Of a stretch of 64,000 nucleotides of DNA, positions 24,380 to 38,810 are shown piece by piece (the stretch's first letter is position 1; each line of letters begins with the position of its first letter). Below the pieces are notes generated by a model. That model ran no database searches, was not told where the DNA came from, and was given only the letters and a program-made list of their open reading frames with translations. The DNA is from Kudoa neothunni. Taxonomy: Eukaryota > Animalia > Cnidaria. The DNA lies in assembly GCA_964304625.1 (NCBI GenBank), contig OZ199840.1, forward strand, positions 4,006,490 to 4,070,489. Reading direction: 5' to 3'. The position numbers and the translations under genes were made by a program.

Positions 24380-26279
24380 CAGTCAAACCTCGATATTGCG
24401 AAGTAAATCGAGGATTCAATTTAACTACGCGGTACGAAATTAGTACGCCATACCGACGAACGCGCGCACGCATTAGAGGGAATTGTATTTTGACGACTTA
24501 AGCTATTTTTTAGTGTGTAGAATCCAGAAAAGAAAATATGTGTTAAGTTTTAAATGACAATTATTTTTATTTTTTGTGAAAAACATCCGATATGATAGTT
24601 TTGATTTCTCTTTTTTTAGTATTGAGATCTGGCGGCCCATTACAGGATGTAGGTCGAATAAACCTCCTGGTTCTCCCGCTATAAAAGTTTCCCTCAAAGT
24701 TTTTAATGCTTCTCCAATTTTCTTTGTAGGGATCTTTTGTATAATTTCATCTGTTTCAGTCTTTTCATTATCAGATTTATCATCTATGTCGCTATTAATG
24801 AAGGGGGAAAAGTTTGCTTCATCGTAAACTTTTTCGTTAATTTTAGAAGCTGATACATCATCAAATTGGGCTAATTGGTTTTAAATCAATAATTTTCGAA
24901 AAAATACCTTCATTAATGTCATCATATTTTTGAATAGTTGTTGATACTATTAAACATATATTTAATAATTTTAATAAAAAATTACATTCATCAAAAACAC
25001 CTGACTTTTTGGAACAATTAGTAATTGTTTCTTTCGAAACATTATCCCAAGCATTTTTATCGTTTTTAAACAATCGAATAAAATGTAGCTTTTTAATATT
25101 AATTATCATCAAATACATTAAACTAATCGAATGAAGAATTTTTTTATAGTTGCTTTTTAACGAGTTTATTATTCCTAAATCGCAAGGTTGTAATATTGAT
25201 GTAGTATTCTTCGGCAAAAATAAAAATTTAATATTTTCTAGATCGTCCATGTCTAGGATGGGAAGGACATTGGTCTAGTAAGATTAAAACTTTTTTATTC
25301 TCTTTTTCAAACATATCGTTAAATTTTTTCATAATTTGAAAAAAGATAGAGGTGTTCATCCATGAGTTTTTCTGTGAAAAATAATCAATTGGTAGATGGG
25401 ATATATTTTGGAACCATCTAAGGCCGCGGATACTTTATCTCCTCGGACGTCTTGTTCTGCTTTTAATACGTAAGTCCGCTTATTAATTTATTGGGGAAAA
25501 ACGCAGTTTTATCAACATTAATAATATTTTTTGGATCGTAACTTTTCAGAATATCTTTATTCTCAAGTTTCCACACATATATTGTGGAAGTATCGGCATT
25601 AGATGCTTCCCTACTGGAATCTTACGGAACGAAGCCCCTATATATTTTTAAAGCAAGCCAACCATTCTCTACTTGCGTTAAAATTTTTGATATTATTTTT
25701 GTTGGCGATTGACAATGCTTTTGCTATTATAGTTTCGCCAGAAATTTGTTTTTTATTATTTCGGGCATTCACAATCCAGTTATAAACTTCGGTATCGATA
25801 TCTTCATGTTTACAGCTAGAAAATCGCATTCTCTTGTTGAAAATAGTGGAATAGGTAACTTTTTGTTCCATTGACAGAATTCCGCTGAGAGTTGAATATT
25901 CTTAACAGAAATTATCGTTATTATGAATATAAAGTAAAAACATTTGAATATTTAGTACGAATTTCGCTGCGATCATTTTTTGCACTTTTAATTGATTTAA
26001 TTGAATTATAATAACTAATAATTTGATTCTCCTCATCAATATATCGCTGCACATTTGACATCGCCAATTTTTTGCTCACTATCGAATCAAACGCGCAATC
26101 CGGACTTTGAATTTACTACGCAATATCGAATAATATGTACTTTTGTTTATTTAAAAAATTTTTTGTTTACATTTATTTTATAATATTAACATTATTATAC
26201 CTAGCATATTTTCAAATTTTACTAAAATAGACCAAATTCAGGAGATAATGGGCTACTACGCAATACCGAGGCGTGACTT
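24380..26279 (-). mobile_element. Tigger/pogo-family transposon with decayed transposase
   Basis: TA-CAGTCAAACCTCGATATTGCG left TIR and CTACGCAATACCGAGGCGTGACTT-TA right TIR. Fragments include a CENP-B HTH (ISGETIIAKA..FNASREWL) and DDE motif (FLPKNTTSILQPCDLGIINSLKSNYKK, AWDNVSKETITNC). Confidence 0.85.
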
Positions 26280-26781
26280 TATGGTTGCAAGTCTCGTTTT
26301 TGAGTGAAAATTTTTTATTGTGTGGTTTTTCAAATGTCTCAAATAACCGCACAATATCCATTCTCGACTGTAGATTTAAATAATACTTTTTTGTACCCTC
26401 TTAATCCAATATATTCAAAGTTAGATCATTATAGCCTGAAAAATCTAATTATCAATTTTCTGATGTAATACAGAAACCGACCCTAAACTATGATGAAAAA
26501 AATTTTAAACAAGTATTTGGCTAACTTAAAATTTTTGAAGAAATATGAAAATCAAGGTATTTAAATAATTGGGAAAATAAATCATTAATTAAAGCCTATC
26601 AATAGTAATAAAAAATACAATAACTTAAAAAGAAATAAAACTGTGTAATTTATTCTGAATTCAGATATTAATAGATGCTACAAAATAAATTTAAAAAATT
26701 GCATCATAATTCTTTGAGGTCAGCATAAAATAAAATCACCATTTAAAATTATTGTAAACTAACAAATAAAAACAACGTGAA

Positions 26782-29700
26782 TTACAATGAGTTTTCCAAA
26801 AAGTTCATAAAAACAGGACAGTTAAACATATTGGCTTGAATTACCCGAAAATTTACAACCCAATCGGTGGTGTTGCCGGCCTTTGTACCCATATCTAAAT
26901 CAGCATGATCCTCTTGACTTGGAGTTGGGAATGGGGATGGGGATGGGAGTGATCTAGCTAGATCACCAGTTTTAATAATATTGGAAGCTATTTGAGTGAT
27001 TGACAAGTTAAGTTCTGATTCATTGGATTGGTTCATGACAATCTGATGCAACGTTCTCCAAAATTGAAGAAATTCATCCTAAATGCCAATTAACAGGTTG
27101 TGAATCTAAAACATTTAATTCTACAACAACAAATATTACCATTCCCATTGAAGGTAAATATTCATTTGGTAAATCGTTAGTGTTGTCGATTCGATGATCT
27201 ATTATTGATACGGGTTTTGGAGTAGTGGAACCACTATAAATCACAATTAAAGTGAAAAGAGTGTTGTTAACCACCTTTCCGGGTGACCAATATCTAAACT
27301 TCGACCAATTCCCTCAGATTCTTTAGAATCGTCTTTGGGAAGGTTCTTAGATATATCATTTGTGGAAATATTTAAGTGAGACATTTCTTCGAGTAAAATA
27401 GTTTCAATTTCGTTTCCAGCAAAACGGTTCCCTACCAAGATTCGCAGAAGTTATTTTGTAATAAAGTTGATTTCTAAGATAATCTAATACCATTGGTTTC
27501 ATTTTGATTGCTATTATTAGCTGAAGTATCGTCATCTTTCACAATACAATGGACCACATAAAGAATATGGAGTCGTTTGGTAGAATCTCCATATATCAGA
27601 TTGTATATCAAATGAATGAACTGGCCGAAATCAATTAATCCACTGTGAACATCTTTTCTCGATATCAACTAATGATTCACATTAGTTGACAAAAAAGACA
27701 AGATAATACCTTGAAAAACTTATGTGCAAACAACTCCCCATATTCGTTATTGTGAGTCCATTTGACAAGGGTGCAAAATAGGTTGGTGAATCTTTTCAAA
27801 TCAATAAGGTAATGATCCATGGAACATTTCCATTTTTGAGAGTCCAGATTTTGTTTAATGACATCGTAAATTTTTGATCCCCAATATCTGGCTTCAAGAT
27901 AAGCTTTCTATAAAAATATCAATGTTTTTTGGTAATTTTGATAAAAAACTTTGAACATTTCGAAAAGAGATTCGAGCTTTTGTTGCTCAAGTGGGTATTT
28001 TAATGCGATACTTTTGATAATCGAGCGTTGAGCAGACCATTTCAAGAGACTAAAGTTGAAACAATAAATTGTCGATTACATAAATTATCATTTATATAAC
28101 GTATTCAGTTAAAATATTTTTTAGTCAACTTCAAATGTGTTAAATATATATAGTCACTCAAAATATTAGTATTTGATGGGTTTTTAGAAAAATGTTTATA
28201 CCATTGACCTTTTTATTCAAATCCAACGGGTTTTAACAGAGAGTTAACATTTAAACGAAAAATATGATCATTAATGATTGTTATAAATAAAAAATAACTA
28301 CCTTTAAAACTTGGCTTTGAGCGGAGCTTCTCAGCTGATAAATATATTTTTTCATTAATATAACCATGATTAATCTTGGAGTGTTGTAATAATTCAGAAA
28401 AGTTCATGAAAGGGGGCATCTATCGTAGAAACACAAACAATTAAACAAATTTCACATTATAAAAAACCTTTATATTTCCAGGAACTACATCCAAATTATC
28501 ATATTTCACTGGAAGATAGTCATGAGAAGAATCAGCTTCGGTAGTAGAGAGGTTTGAAAGAAAAGTATTCAAGACAATCATAGCTTCACTACCATCAACG
28601 CATTGTCCAAGAGATTCTGCGTTAAGTTCAAGGATTTCCATGGTGAACTTTAAAAGTATTTTTATTCCATCCAAAAAGAACATATCAAGCAATAGATACG
28701 AGCAATCCAAAGGAAGTACACTTTGATGCAAAAAATTCAATCAAATACATCAATCTCAGAACTGATCTACTTTATAAAAAGACTTAAAAACCAAGTGAAA
28801 CATATCATTTTTATGACATCAAAAGTATTAAGCAGTTGATATATTTTTGGATTTCTTTTCTGAAGCAATTCTTCGATAACAACTACAAATTTCATTGGTA
28901 ATTAAAGCCCATATGAATAAAAAGAAACCTTGGTCAACTTGTGCGCCAGTAATTCGAGTATTGAAATAATTTGGTAGAAGATCCTCGCATACAGTTGTAA
29001 GAAGCCAAAAACAGTCTTCTTCATTGAGGAAAAGCAGCAGTACTGAAGCAACAATATTCATTGACTGACAATAGCCGACAGTAGGATTTCTGATGGCGTA
29101 AGCTTGAAGAACTCGTTTCAAACCAAAAATGAATTCTTATTGCGATAGGCCTCATGGTTTGGAAGTGATCTATAATAGTAACTTTATTTGGCCGAATTAT
29201 GTTAAATTTTTCTAGTTTATAAATCCAATCAAATATTGGAGATAAATCGTTCGTTCTGATTGCATATGATAGTTGGTTTAATTAATTGATAGTAAATAAA
29301 GCTACTATAATAAACAAATAATTGAAATAACATTTAAAAAATTTTAAGCATTAAAGAGTTAGATAATTTAATTTTATATTAATATAATAGCTATAATCAA
29401 CCAATTTACCTATGAAGATCCCGCTCTATCTCCTCGGTGACATCCTTGGGTGCACGAGCGGGGATTTCCTCAAGTATTTTCAAATAATATCCCGGATTTT
29501 GAGATTTCTATCATCAAATTTCACAAATTAACACAAACCAGCAATAATAAAAATATATTTAATGTATATGTGCTTATTACAATTTTTGACGCTCCAGAAA
29601 AAATCATCCATATTTGACCTCGTATTTGGGGTGGAACGCCTTGTATAGTGAGGTATGGGACCCGTTTTGTAAAAATCATGCAAATATCTCTAAAATAAAA

Positions 29701-32700
29701 TTTTTTTTGTCAACAATATAAAATATTTTTGTAAATTTACTTTCCATTTTCCTCAAATAAATTATTCCAAGAAAGAAGTTTCACATAGTTGAAATAATTG
29801 AAAGGATCGAGTGAGTCAACATTAGTAGCTCCTAAGGCTAGAAGTTCGGCCTCAGATTTAAATGATGCCGTCTCGTAGCATCCTTCCATTTGATGAGCAG
29901 TATTTATCGGTTGCTGTTCAGTGTTCTCTTTGCTATGTAATGATAAAAGAAATCTGATAGAAAAATACGCTGTTTTACATTTGGATTAATTGTTCTTCCT
30001 TGTTCAAAACCGCATTTTCACGCTCCGGCACATTGTTTGATACACATTTTTGTACGAACGCGTAGAGGCTAGCTGGATTTTCGGTATTTAAAAAAACAAA
30101 TTGCCTCTATATAGGTTATTTCACAATAAGTCTGGTTGTTAAATTTTGTGAAAATTTACATCATCGCATTGATCTTTTCACATAAACTGTAAATGCAGCG
30201 TCATTTTTCTTGTCGGTGTTCCCTTTTGACCCGGGTGAAATTACGTATGTTGTCATAAGGTTATAAGGGATAGAAAATTTGAGAAAACGACTTCTCTAAT
30301 CAAACTTAACTACTGTTAGAATTAGTATAATTCATACACTGCACAGAAAACACAAATAGTTAGTTGATAAATATATCATTCCAGGATAGGATGTGCCTTG
30401 AAACAAGAAATTCGATTTAAATTTCAGTACAGGAAATATAAGGCTTTCATTGGAAGGCATATGAAAGATTTTTCTATAAATTCCAACTTAATATTTTTGA
30501 TGATAATTGTGAAATATAAAGTTTATTTAACCAAAAATAATTAGATCATTTTTATTTTAATTTAAGCATGAGGTAAATATATTTATTCTGAAACAAAATA
30601 AATTTGGAGAAGCTAATTACTCGCACAATTTTATCATTTTATCACATAATCCAGAAAAATCATTATTTTAATTACTATCTTTCACAAAAAGGGGGTTTTA
30701 ATAACAATTGAATTTGAGTTATTGTTTTAAAGTCCTCAAAATTTTATTAAATCTCAAAAATCATTCACTTTTGTTTAAGACGGAATTTGTCGAGTTAATT
30801 TACAAAAAATTATGTGCTGTTGATTATTGTGCAGAAAATATATATAAATCAAAAAGTTTTAGAATCAACGATACATAAGGAATTTTTTAGATTCTAAAAA
30901 CCTCACATAGAATATTTTTTTATATAGCTCCTAGAAAAATTTAATCATCAAATGTAAAATTATTTATAATCGTATTATTAATGATATATATTTTTGTTAA
31001 ATCGTAGAAAACAATCATAATATAAATCAAATAAATGATTATTTTAATATTCAATAAAAATTTCCATCTATGTCACAAAAGAGTCATCTTTTGTTAAAAT
31101 TTGTCCAAAGTGATCAGAGATATAATTATAGGTAAGACATAATGTAACTCCACTTGTTACACTTTAACTTTGGATTTTTTTAATCATATTTATAAAGTTA
31201 TGATCTTCCGATGTTTATAATTTTATTAAAAAATTATTTTAACTTGAAATTTTAACTTAACATAAGATAAGAAAAGCCATATAAACAAATTTTTAGGAGT
31301 TCTCTCCTCACAATTTGGGTTGTGCATAATAACCCGTATGCTAGCGAGTATCAGTCAAGAAAAGGTACGCAAACAATCTCGTTTCCGTTCAACAAAAAAC
31401 TTCGCTACCCTTAATTATTTCAAGCATAAAGTTCTGTATAATACAAAATTTGAAAATTCCAATTGTATTTTAATAATCATATTTAGTCAATATATTTGAT
31501 TAGATTTAATTATTCGATGAGCTCTTTAAAATATTTTAATCTGGAAGATAAATCGACATAAAATATACCACCCAAAAATCTTAATTTTCAATCAACTATA
31601 ATGTTAATTAAAATATATAAAAAAAACTATCAATTTTGAGATGAAAACATCCGTAATTTATTCTAAAATATTTTTATAATTTAAACCATTAGGCTGTCAA
31701 TTTCGTCAAAATTAAATAACCTTTTACAGGCGACTTAAATCAGTCTAAAGTTATTAACATGAATACTTCAAAAATATTTTGGTATATATTTTTACAAAAA
31801 ATAATAAAGAGTTAAGTATTTCGTCTAATTTTCTTACACAACATTGTCTTTTAACAAATTATATTAATCAAAATTAATTAAATTTCTGCTTCAGAATCTA
31901 ATTTTGTTTGATCAGTAATTTATCCGCTATAGGTTAGGTATGCGCGACTCTTATTTGAACTTCATTATTATATCAATGTATCAAATTGAAAATAAATATT
32001 TTATACCCAGCGTATAACAATAATTTCATTAAAATAAATGATAATAATAATAATTCTATCCAAGAAAATGCGTAAAGCGAAAATTTTCTAAGAATTTTTA
32101 ATAATTATTTTTCCACAAAATTTAACTACAGGCCTCAAAATAAATCTGTTCAGTCCCCATTGTTTCGTGTCTATCTGTTTATTCAATTACTTTTAATCGA
32201 AATTGTGTTCATATTAATTATTGCATTCTATTAGCCTAATTATGACATTGAAATTGCAATTACTCCATCTGATGAAAAATTTATCTAGAAACTTCTTGGA
32301 TCTTTCGGTTAAGTAATAAGGTTTATTCTAACAAATTAGAGCAATAATTATATTTCAAAAAAATTGTTTATTATTAAGGAATAATTCGTTTCTCAAAAAA
32401 ACAAAAATTAACGTTGATCAAAATAAATCCGTATAAATTAAAGTGCAACCTCGAGGTTCATACATCTCGGAGTTCGACCGAAAGTTTTGAGTTAGAACAC
32501 GTATAGAAAGATTATTCAAAAAAATCCAGTCAGGACAAAAAACAGGGAAGAAAAGATATTCTAGAACAGGGGTGTCCAGACTTGCGCAGATCGGGAGTCA
32601 ACTTTAAGGTTGCCCAGATTTTCAAGAGCCACAAGGCATTAAAATCATTTATATACCTCTTCCTTGTTTAAAACTTACATATAATTTTTATTGGTATAAT

Positions 32701-35700
32701 TTATGCTGGGTTTTCCAAAAAAGTAAATTTGTAGTTAATTATCCAAGAAACTTTTTCTTTATGAAAAAGGTCGCAAAAATAATAAAATATTTTTCATATT
32801 TAATCATGTATGATAGTCTGAAAAAGAATAAAATTAAATATTTACGAATAAAGTAATAAAACCAGAATTTAATGTTTTCTGATTTTTTTTAGAAATTGTT
32901 TCAAATGTTACAATTTTTTTATGTCTCCGCATTATCAGTGAGCTGACGGTAATCCGGTTCGTATGCTGTTAACGCTGTACGAATTAGTTCCATCAGGTGT
33001 TCGTTCGTTTGTAAGTGAGGAAAAGATCCGCAATGTTTCGGTTTTACAAATTTCATCGTTGAATAAATAAACTCATGGCGATAAGTTTTTCCAAAGATAG
33101 TACAACTTTGAGGCAAATTTCTTTTCATTCTGCATATTTATTTTCTAGAACGTATTTGCACAATTCGCTTATTGAGTTGGAATTATGAATCATGTTTAAA
33201 GCTTTAATAAACGTTTTATTCTTCCGATATCTGTCACTTTGATAATGGATAAACACTAGTTCTAAATGTATTCCTAATGAAACTAGTAATAATTCTAATT
33301 CGCATCAAATATTAAAACTATATGGTAGTTTGTAATTATGTTTTTTAATCAAAAATATAATCTATTTTATGATTAAAGATTTAATTTTTTTCGCTTGATT
33401 AAATAGTTTAAACTTTGTATTTTTCTAAATTATCGTTTTGGTTGAATTAAAAAAAATTCTACTAACAAAATTTGTTCAAGAGTCACATGTGGCTCACGAT
33501 CCATGGTTTGGCCATCCCTGTTCTAGAAGAAGAGTCGCTCAAGAAAATTGAGCGAACGTCATTGGAAGGGAACCCCCTTACAACCTATCGTATGAAAACC
33601 AAAAAATATTTCCCCTATATTTTATTCTTATTCTTGTTCTGAACATTATTCTTAATATTTATTTGTTATATTTTATAAACATATGGTACACATGCTTTTT
33701 CGTAAATAATAAAAAGGTCATTTATTTGATGCACAACAACGGATTAAACTAATTCTCTTTATTTTGGATGGAAACAAATTATTCAGAATTCGAACACACC
33801 TCTGGAACGGATTATAGTCGAAGTTCGAGGTTGCACTGTATTTTGGATATTGGCGGTTTCGGCTCTAATTTTGTATAAATGATATTGAATTCATTGTTAT
33901 TTAGTTTTGAGAGGTGAAAAAAAATTATTGGCAGTTTAGAAAAATGAAAAATTTTAAAATTAAGCATAACGAATTTTTACGAGATATACTTGTAGGTCGC
34001 GGAAATAGCGATGAAGATTAGTTGGTGTAGAACTTATCGTTATCTCATTAATATTTTCGTACATTTTCAATATAGTTCAGTTGACTAATTCATCGCAACA
34101 AGCCTACCACTTTACAATCTAAATTTAACTGGGAATAAATTTTGTTGTGTTAAAAAAATCAACAGACGTCAATTTAAATATGGCAGAGGCTATTGGCCCG
34201 GCAAAATTTAACCATAACCTAGATGTGCGCACGTATGCTGAGAATTTTTAATCTCAGCAACTCCGGCTTACAAGCCGTTCATCGATTTTATTTATTAAAT
34301 ATAGTCAAAACTAGTGTCATCTGAATATATAGAAGAAATAAATGGATTGAACGTTGATAAGTTTAATTAATCTTTTTTTTCAATTAATTTCAGTCATTTG
34401 CAGAAGCGTGCCAGCAATTAACTGAATCGATGTCATTGTTACTTAACAATGGCGTGTACTGCTTTTATCATTCACACACAGAAAAGCGTACTAACCCATT
34501 TACTTAATAGCTTCGATAACAAATTTTTGTAATTTACACGAGCTTCCAATTATACCTCAACAAAAAATAACTATCGAGCAATTAATTTAATTGCTCAAAT
34601 GAAAAATTTTTCAAAAATATCACGGATTTCCGATTAAACAATTAGAACAAAAATTGCGGTTTATAATTAAGGCATACCTGAAGTAGTTGACTGAGAGTTC
34701 TTCACGTAAGGTCAAATCTTGCTCACTACAGTAAGTGAAATCATCGTTGTCTAAAACTACGAATGACACTTACGATTTGACTTCATCTAAGAATTTAGGT
34801 TTGGTCAAAACAACCGGTGAGACAATGTCGTTGTCACCATCAACAAATCTATCATGATTGTTTGAATCAGGAGTAACTAGTCATACAATTACTTTTTGTG
34901 ATTTCTAACAACCAGCTGTTTAATGTCAAAGTAGATATCATCAATGTTTTCATTGAAGCTAAATTGAACAGTCTTGTTTTCGTTCCCCTGTTTAAAAAGA
35001 TGGGTTATTATAATTCTCAAAACGACTAAATTCACCCCTTCTTTGTATTCGACGCTTATGGAGTTGAATTCAAACACAAATGAGGATCTGCTCACGTTCT
35101 ACAATAGAGGAGGTATATAGGTCATATGGTATCGTAACATGTTTTAACATAGTTGATAGTTACCATTATATTGATAAGTGGATAAATCTTTTTAGTAGTG
35201 GTACCCAAAAAGTGAGAATAAAAGCACAAGTGATTATTTGACAAATAGATTGTTCCACGTAATGGTAGTTTTCCTTGCCAATAGATACAGCCATATTCTA
35301 ATGACAATCCATATTAGCCGCTAGCATAAATAAACGCATTTGTAATAAATCTTGACGCAGTTAGTCAGCCCGTTTTAGTAAAAACATTAAAGTATAGTGC
35401 GATTTTTTAGTTTGACATCCATCAAAAAACAGCGGTAAATAGCTAACTATTATAATTAAAGATAACTTAGATTAAGTCAGACAATATATTAGAAATAAAA
35501 TTATGGCATCAGTAGATTGAATAAATCTACTCACACTTAGTAAATGCGTGACTGCTAATAATGGAGTTGACTTTTGAAAAAAATGATTAAACGAATAGTA
35601 AGTATAGCAGATGTTGATGTATAAGTGCATACTTGCGTGAAGATTTTCTACAACAGGCATATTAAAAAGTTCATAGAATTTGTCGGAAGCAATTTTCTTT

Positions 35701-36399
35701 TCGCTGACCGCTACATCGGATTCTGTATTTTTTGGGGGAGATTTTTTGACTTTTTCTAATGTAAAACCCCCTCAATTACAAAAACTTAAATTAAAATTTT
35801 TAGCAACTTGAATCCGCCAACGCTAACGAATCATTTTGAATTGTGATCAAACAGCGCACTTTAGAAAATACATATTTTTTTAATTCGTTGGTATCATCAA
35901 ATCTTGTCACAGCTATTACAATGAATAATTAGAATCGTATTTATTTCATTACACATGTGTATAGATAATCTTACATAAATTATGTTGTACCAAATCCACT
36001 AAATATTTCCATTCTTCTTTCAAATCATCTTCTTTCATTCCTTTAGCAATAACTAAGTAGAATTTTTATTAAAATCTGTCAACCCATTCAAATACCAAAG
36101 GACGGCTTTGACTTAAACAACGAAAATATAATTCGATATTTAAACGGTTTATCATCACACAATCTGTCTTTTTCTTCTGAATTTCTTGTTATTGATTTAA
36201 TTGATGCAGATCTAATCGCTTTCACTAACACATTGCCTTTGTGGCTGGGTAATGACGTTTCAGAGTCGATAACTGTGCTGTCAGTTGAAAAAGTATTGCT
36301 TGATTCAGCCCTTTCTTGTAGCTGGAAATAAATACAATCATTCAATGTTATCCAGAGATTTTTATTCTTGGATTTTGTTTCAACTGGTGTTATCCACAT
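26782..36399 (-). CDS. TBC1D9: TBC1D8/TBC1D9-family Rab GTPase-activating protein (GRAM-GRAM-TBC-EF-hand)
   Basis: ATG 36399 gives MWITP...LWIT...YFQLQER, like the TBC1D9 N-terminus. GRAM1 ([27 protein letters not shown]), GRAM2 ([12 protein letters not shown]), TBC ([43 protein letters not shown]) and EF-hand (GLIDFGQF...KRLHILY). About 20 exons, a 4.2-kb intron at 30474-34677 and one frameshift near 29125. Confidence 0.9.
32441..33838. mobile_element. Tc1/pogo-type MITE hosting a nested hAT, inside the TBC intron
   Basis: TA-AAGTGCAACCTCGA ... TCGAGGTTGCACTG-TA. Removing the hAT leaves a sequence collinear with 52755-53126. Confidence 0.8.
32567..33520 (-). mobile_element. hAT (Charlie/GTF2IRD2-like) deletion derivative
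   Basis: TIRs CAGGGGTGTCCAGAC / GTTTGGCCATCCCTG with a perfect 8-bp TSD, TTCTAGAA (32559-32566 and 33521-33528). Contains a hATC dimerisation remnant: [18 protein letters not shown]...[19 protein letters not shown]. Confidence 0.9.
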
Positions 36400-38810
36400 T
36401 GGTATAACTGTCACTTGTAAAAAGTAATTTTTAAACCACGGCCTAGACCAGATAGAAATCAGCCAAGAATTACGCAATAAATTCTAATCGGTATACCGAT
36501 TCTCGCCGTTGGCTCATTTACTTTGTTCTTTATTATTGTTTTTAACTAATTTTTTAATGGTAAATATAAAATTTTCTTATTTTTAGTTCAACATATTTTA
36601 GTTGGTTGGACGAGGAGATTATTAGAAGCGAATGTATCGTGGTTCGATGACCTTACCCGTGGTATGGGTTGCGATAGAAACACTGTGTATTCTAAATTTC
36701 AATAGCCTTAAATGTGTCTCGATAATGAGTGTTTGACTATTTTGGTTATTTTATAATTTAATATAATCATTTTCAATTTAAATCTGGGATTTAGTATTCC
36801 TTTGAATGTAGATAATTAAATTTTAACAACTCCGAGCAAAAACTCTAATGCTCAAATCCGATTACAATAGCTTTCAGCCCAATATGATTATTAGTGTTAT
36901 TTTCTGTTATATATAAACAGAAGTTTGTAATTCTGGTATAACTCATGTTTTCGCAGCTTCCTTCACAAGGTGTCAATTTGTCTGTCAATCAACTGTTATG
37001 AGCATTGGTGTTTTGTGTTTGCTCGTGCGTTCAATATATTGAATTATATTTTTTTCAATCTAACCAAACGTTTAATCTTTATCCATAAAAGAAATTATCC
37101 TTTTTTTATGTTAATATATCTTTATATAATTCTCAATTAAATAATTTTCGAGATTTTTGGTTTAATAACATAATTATGTTAAGCAACCTGTGCTCGTTAT
37201 TATAAAACAGGTATATTTCGTCGAAAAATATCTTAGATAATTTTCGTATTTGAAAAGTGTTATGCTTAGTATAAAAATATTTTATCTAATAAAATTTTTA
37301 TTCCAATGGATTAATTTATGTAAATGAGATATCTTGGAAGATCGTCTGAAAATTAATCTCAAGCGCTTTTTTTTAAGTTAATTAAGAAATTTTTTCAAAA
37401 ATAACTAACTTTTCTTAAATTTAAGTTATTCACATGATTTATTTATCTCGAATATTTATGAAAATATTAGTTTGTCGTGACAACAACACATAAACCTTTA
37501 AAAGTTAAAGTAAATTTTAACTATTAAAAAACATAACTAATTTAAAAAAAGCTTTTAGGAATAAATTTTATTAATGATTTCTAAGTCTATAGGGAGTCTA
37601 TCTTGAATTTTTCGTAATTAAACAATGCTATTTTCTTCGTGAATTTTTAACAATATTCTCATTTTGTCGATGGGCGAAAATTCCTGTCATGAATCTGATT
37701 CCAAATTAATAGTAGGAAACTTTGTTTTTAAGAATGATTCGTTGAATTTTATAACTGAAAAATTATTATAATTTTTAAAATTTGCAATTCATAGCGGTGA
37801 ATATCAAGAAATCCGTCAAATTTTTTGCTCTTTCTTTTATACCAGAATAATTAATTGATACAAACATTTCAGAACCAAATGACTAAATAAACGCACTTAG
37901 TTATTTAAGCTTAGCTGGGAAAATACATAGCGCAAATTTGATTTTTATTACTAACAAACATCGACTCAATGGAATAAATCTTTTAACATCTTACAGTTCA
38001 TATTTACTTATTTATAATTTTTTCGACCATAATTAAAAAAGTTTATCAATATATTCAATTATAATGGGTTTTTGGAAGATTAAATAAGTCGGTTACAATT
38101 TTAATAATTTGGCGGCCCGAAAAGTTATTAATATCATATTATACATGAACTAATCGATTTTCGGAAAAATGCTGTCGTTGAAACATTCAATCTTGTTTTC
38201 AAGTTTACTTAAACTCCAAATAAGTTAACCCCATTAGTAGTTTCCTAAAAACTTTTCTATTAAATCTTTTTTATTCTAAATTCTCTTTTAAATAGATAGA
38301 CTAGATCGAACTACACAAATTATCTCATTTTTAACCTACAGTAAAAAATTACGCATATTTTCATGTTCCTCGATCATAATAAACAAAATTATTAAATCAA
38401 TTAATATCAGCTTTTTTATCTGCATATTCGGTACTTATTTCATTCTCTAACTTATAAACACTTGTTAATAATCATTAATTTATTTCAAGACAATTCTAAT
38501 TTTTCTCTATATAACCAATAATTATAATAATTTATCTTATCATTTATTCAGTTAACTGGAATAATATTAGTGTTAACACAAACAACCAAAAAACTGATAT
38601 ATATTTAACTAGCGCAAACCCTGGCTCACGCTCAGGGTCCTTGCCCAATGTTTTTACGTAACCAATTTTTTTGTAATTTGTAACATTTTACTAAAATATA
38701 AAGGAAATAAAACATAGAGAGGGAAGTTTCCTTTTATTCAGTAAAATATCACAACATGAATACGGATCTAACTTAGTAAAGTTATTTTGATAGTGCACAA
38801 ATCAGATTAA

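Noticed and set aside
30107-30185. Apparent frameshift in GRAM2 of the TBC gene (GTGAAAAGATC)
   Set aside because: A phase-0 donor at TAT|GTGAAA restores the frame; ambiguous without RNA data.
36630-36680. SECIS element
   Set aside because: It lacks the apical AAR and the proper helix length, and there is no upstream + strand gene with an in-frame TGA.
38608-38640. Helitron/Helentron-like 5' hairpin (ACTAGCGCAAACCCTGGCTCACGCTCAGGGT)
   Set aside because: No matching 3' end or second copy in the window.
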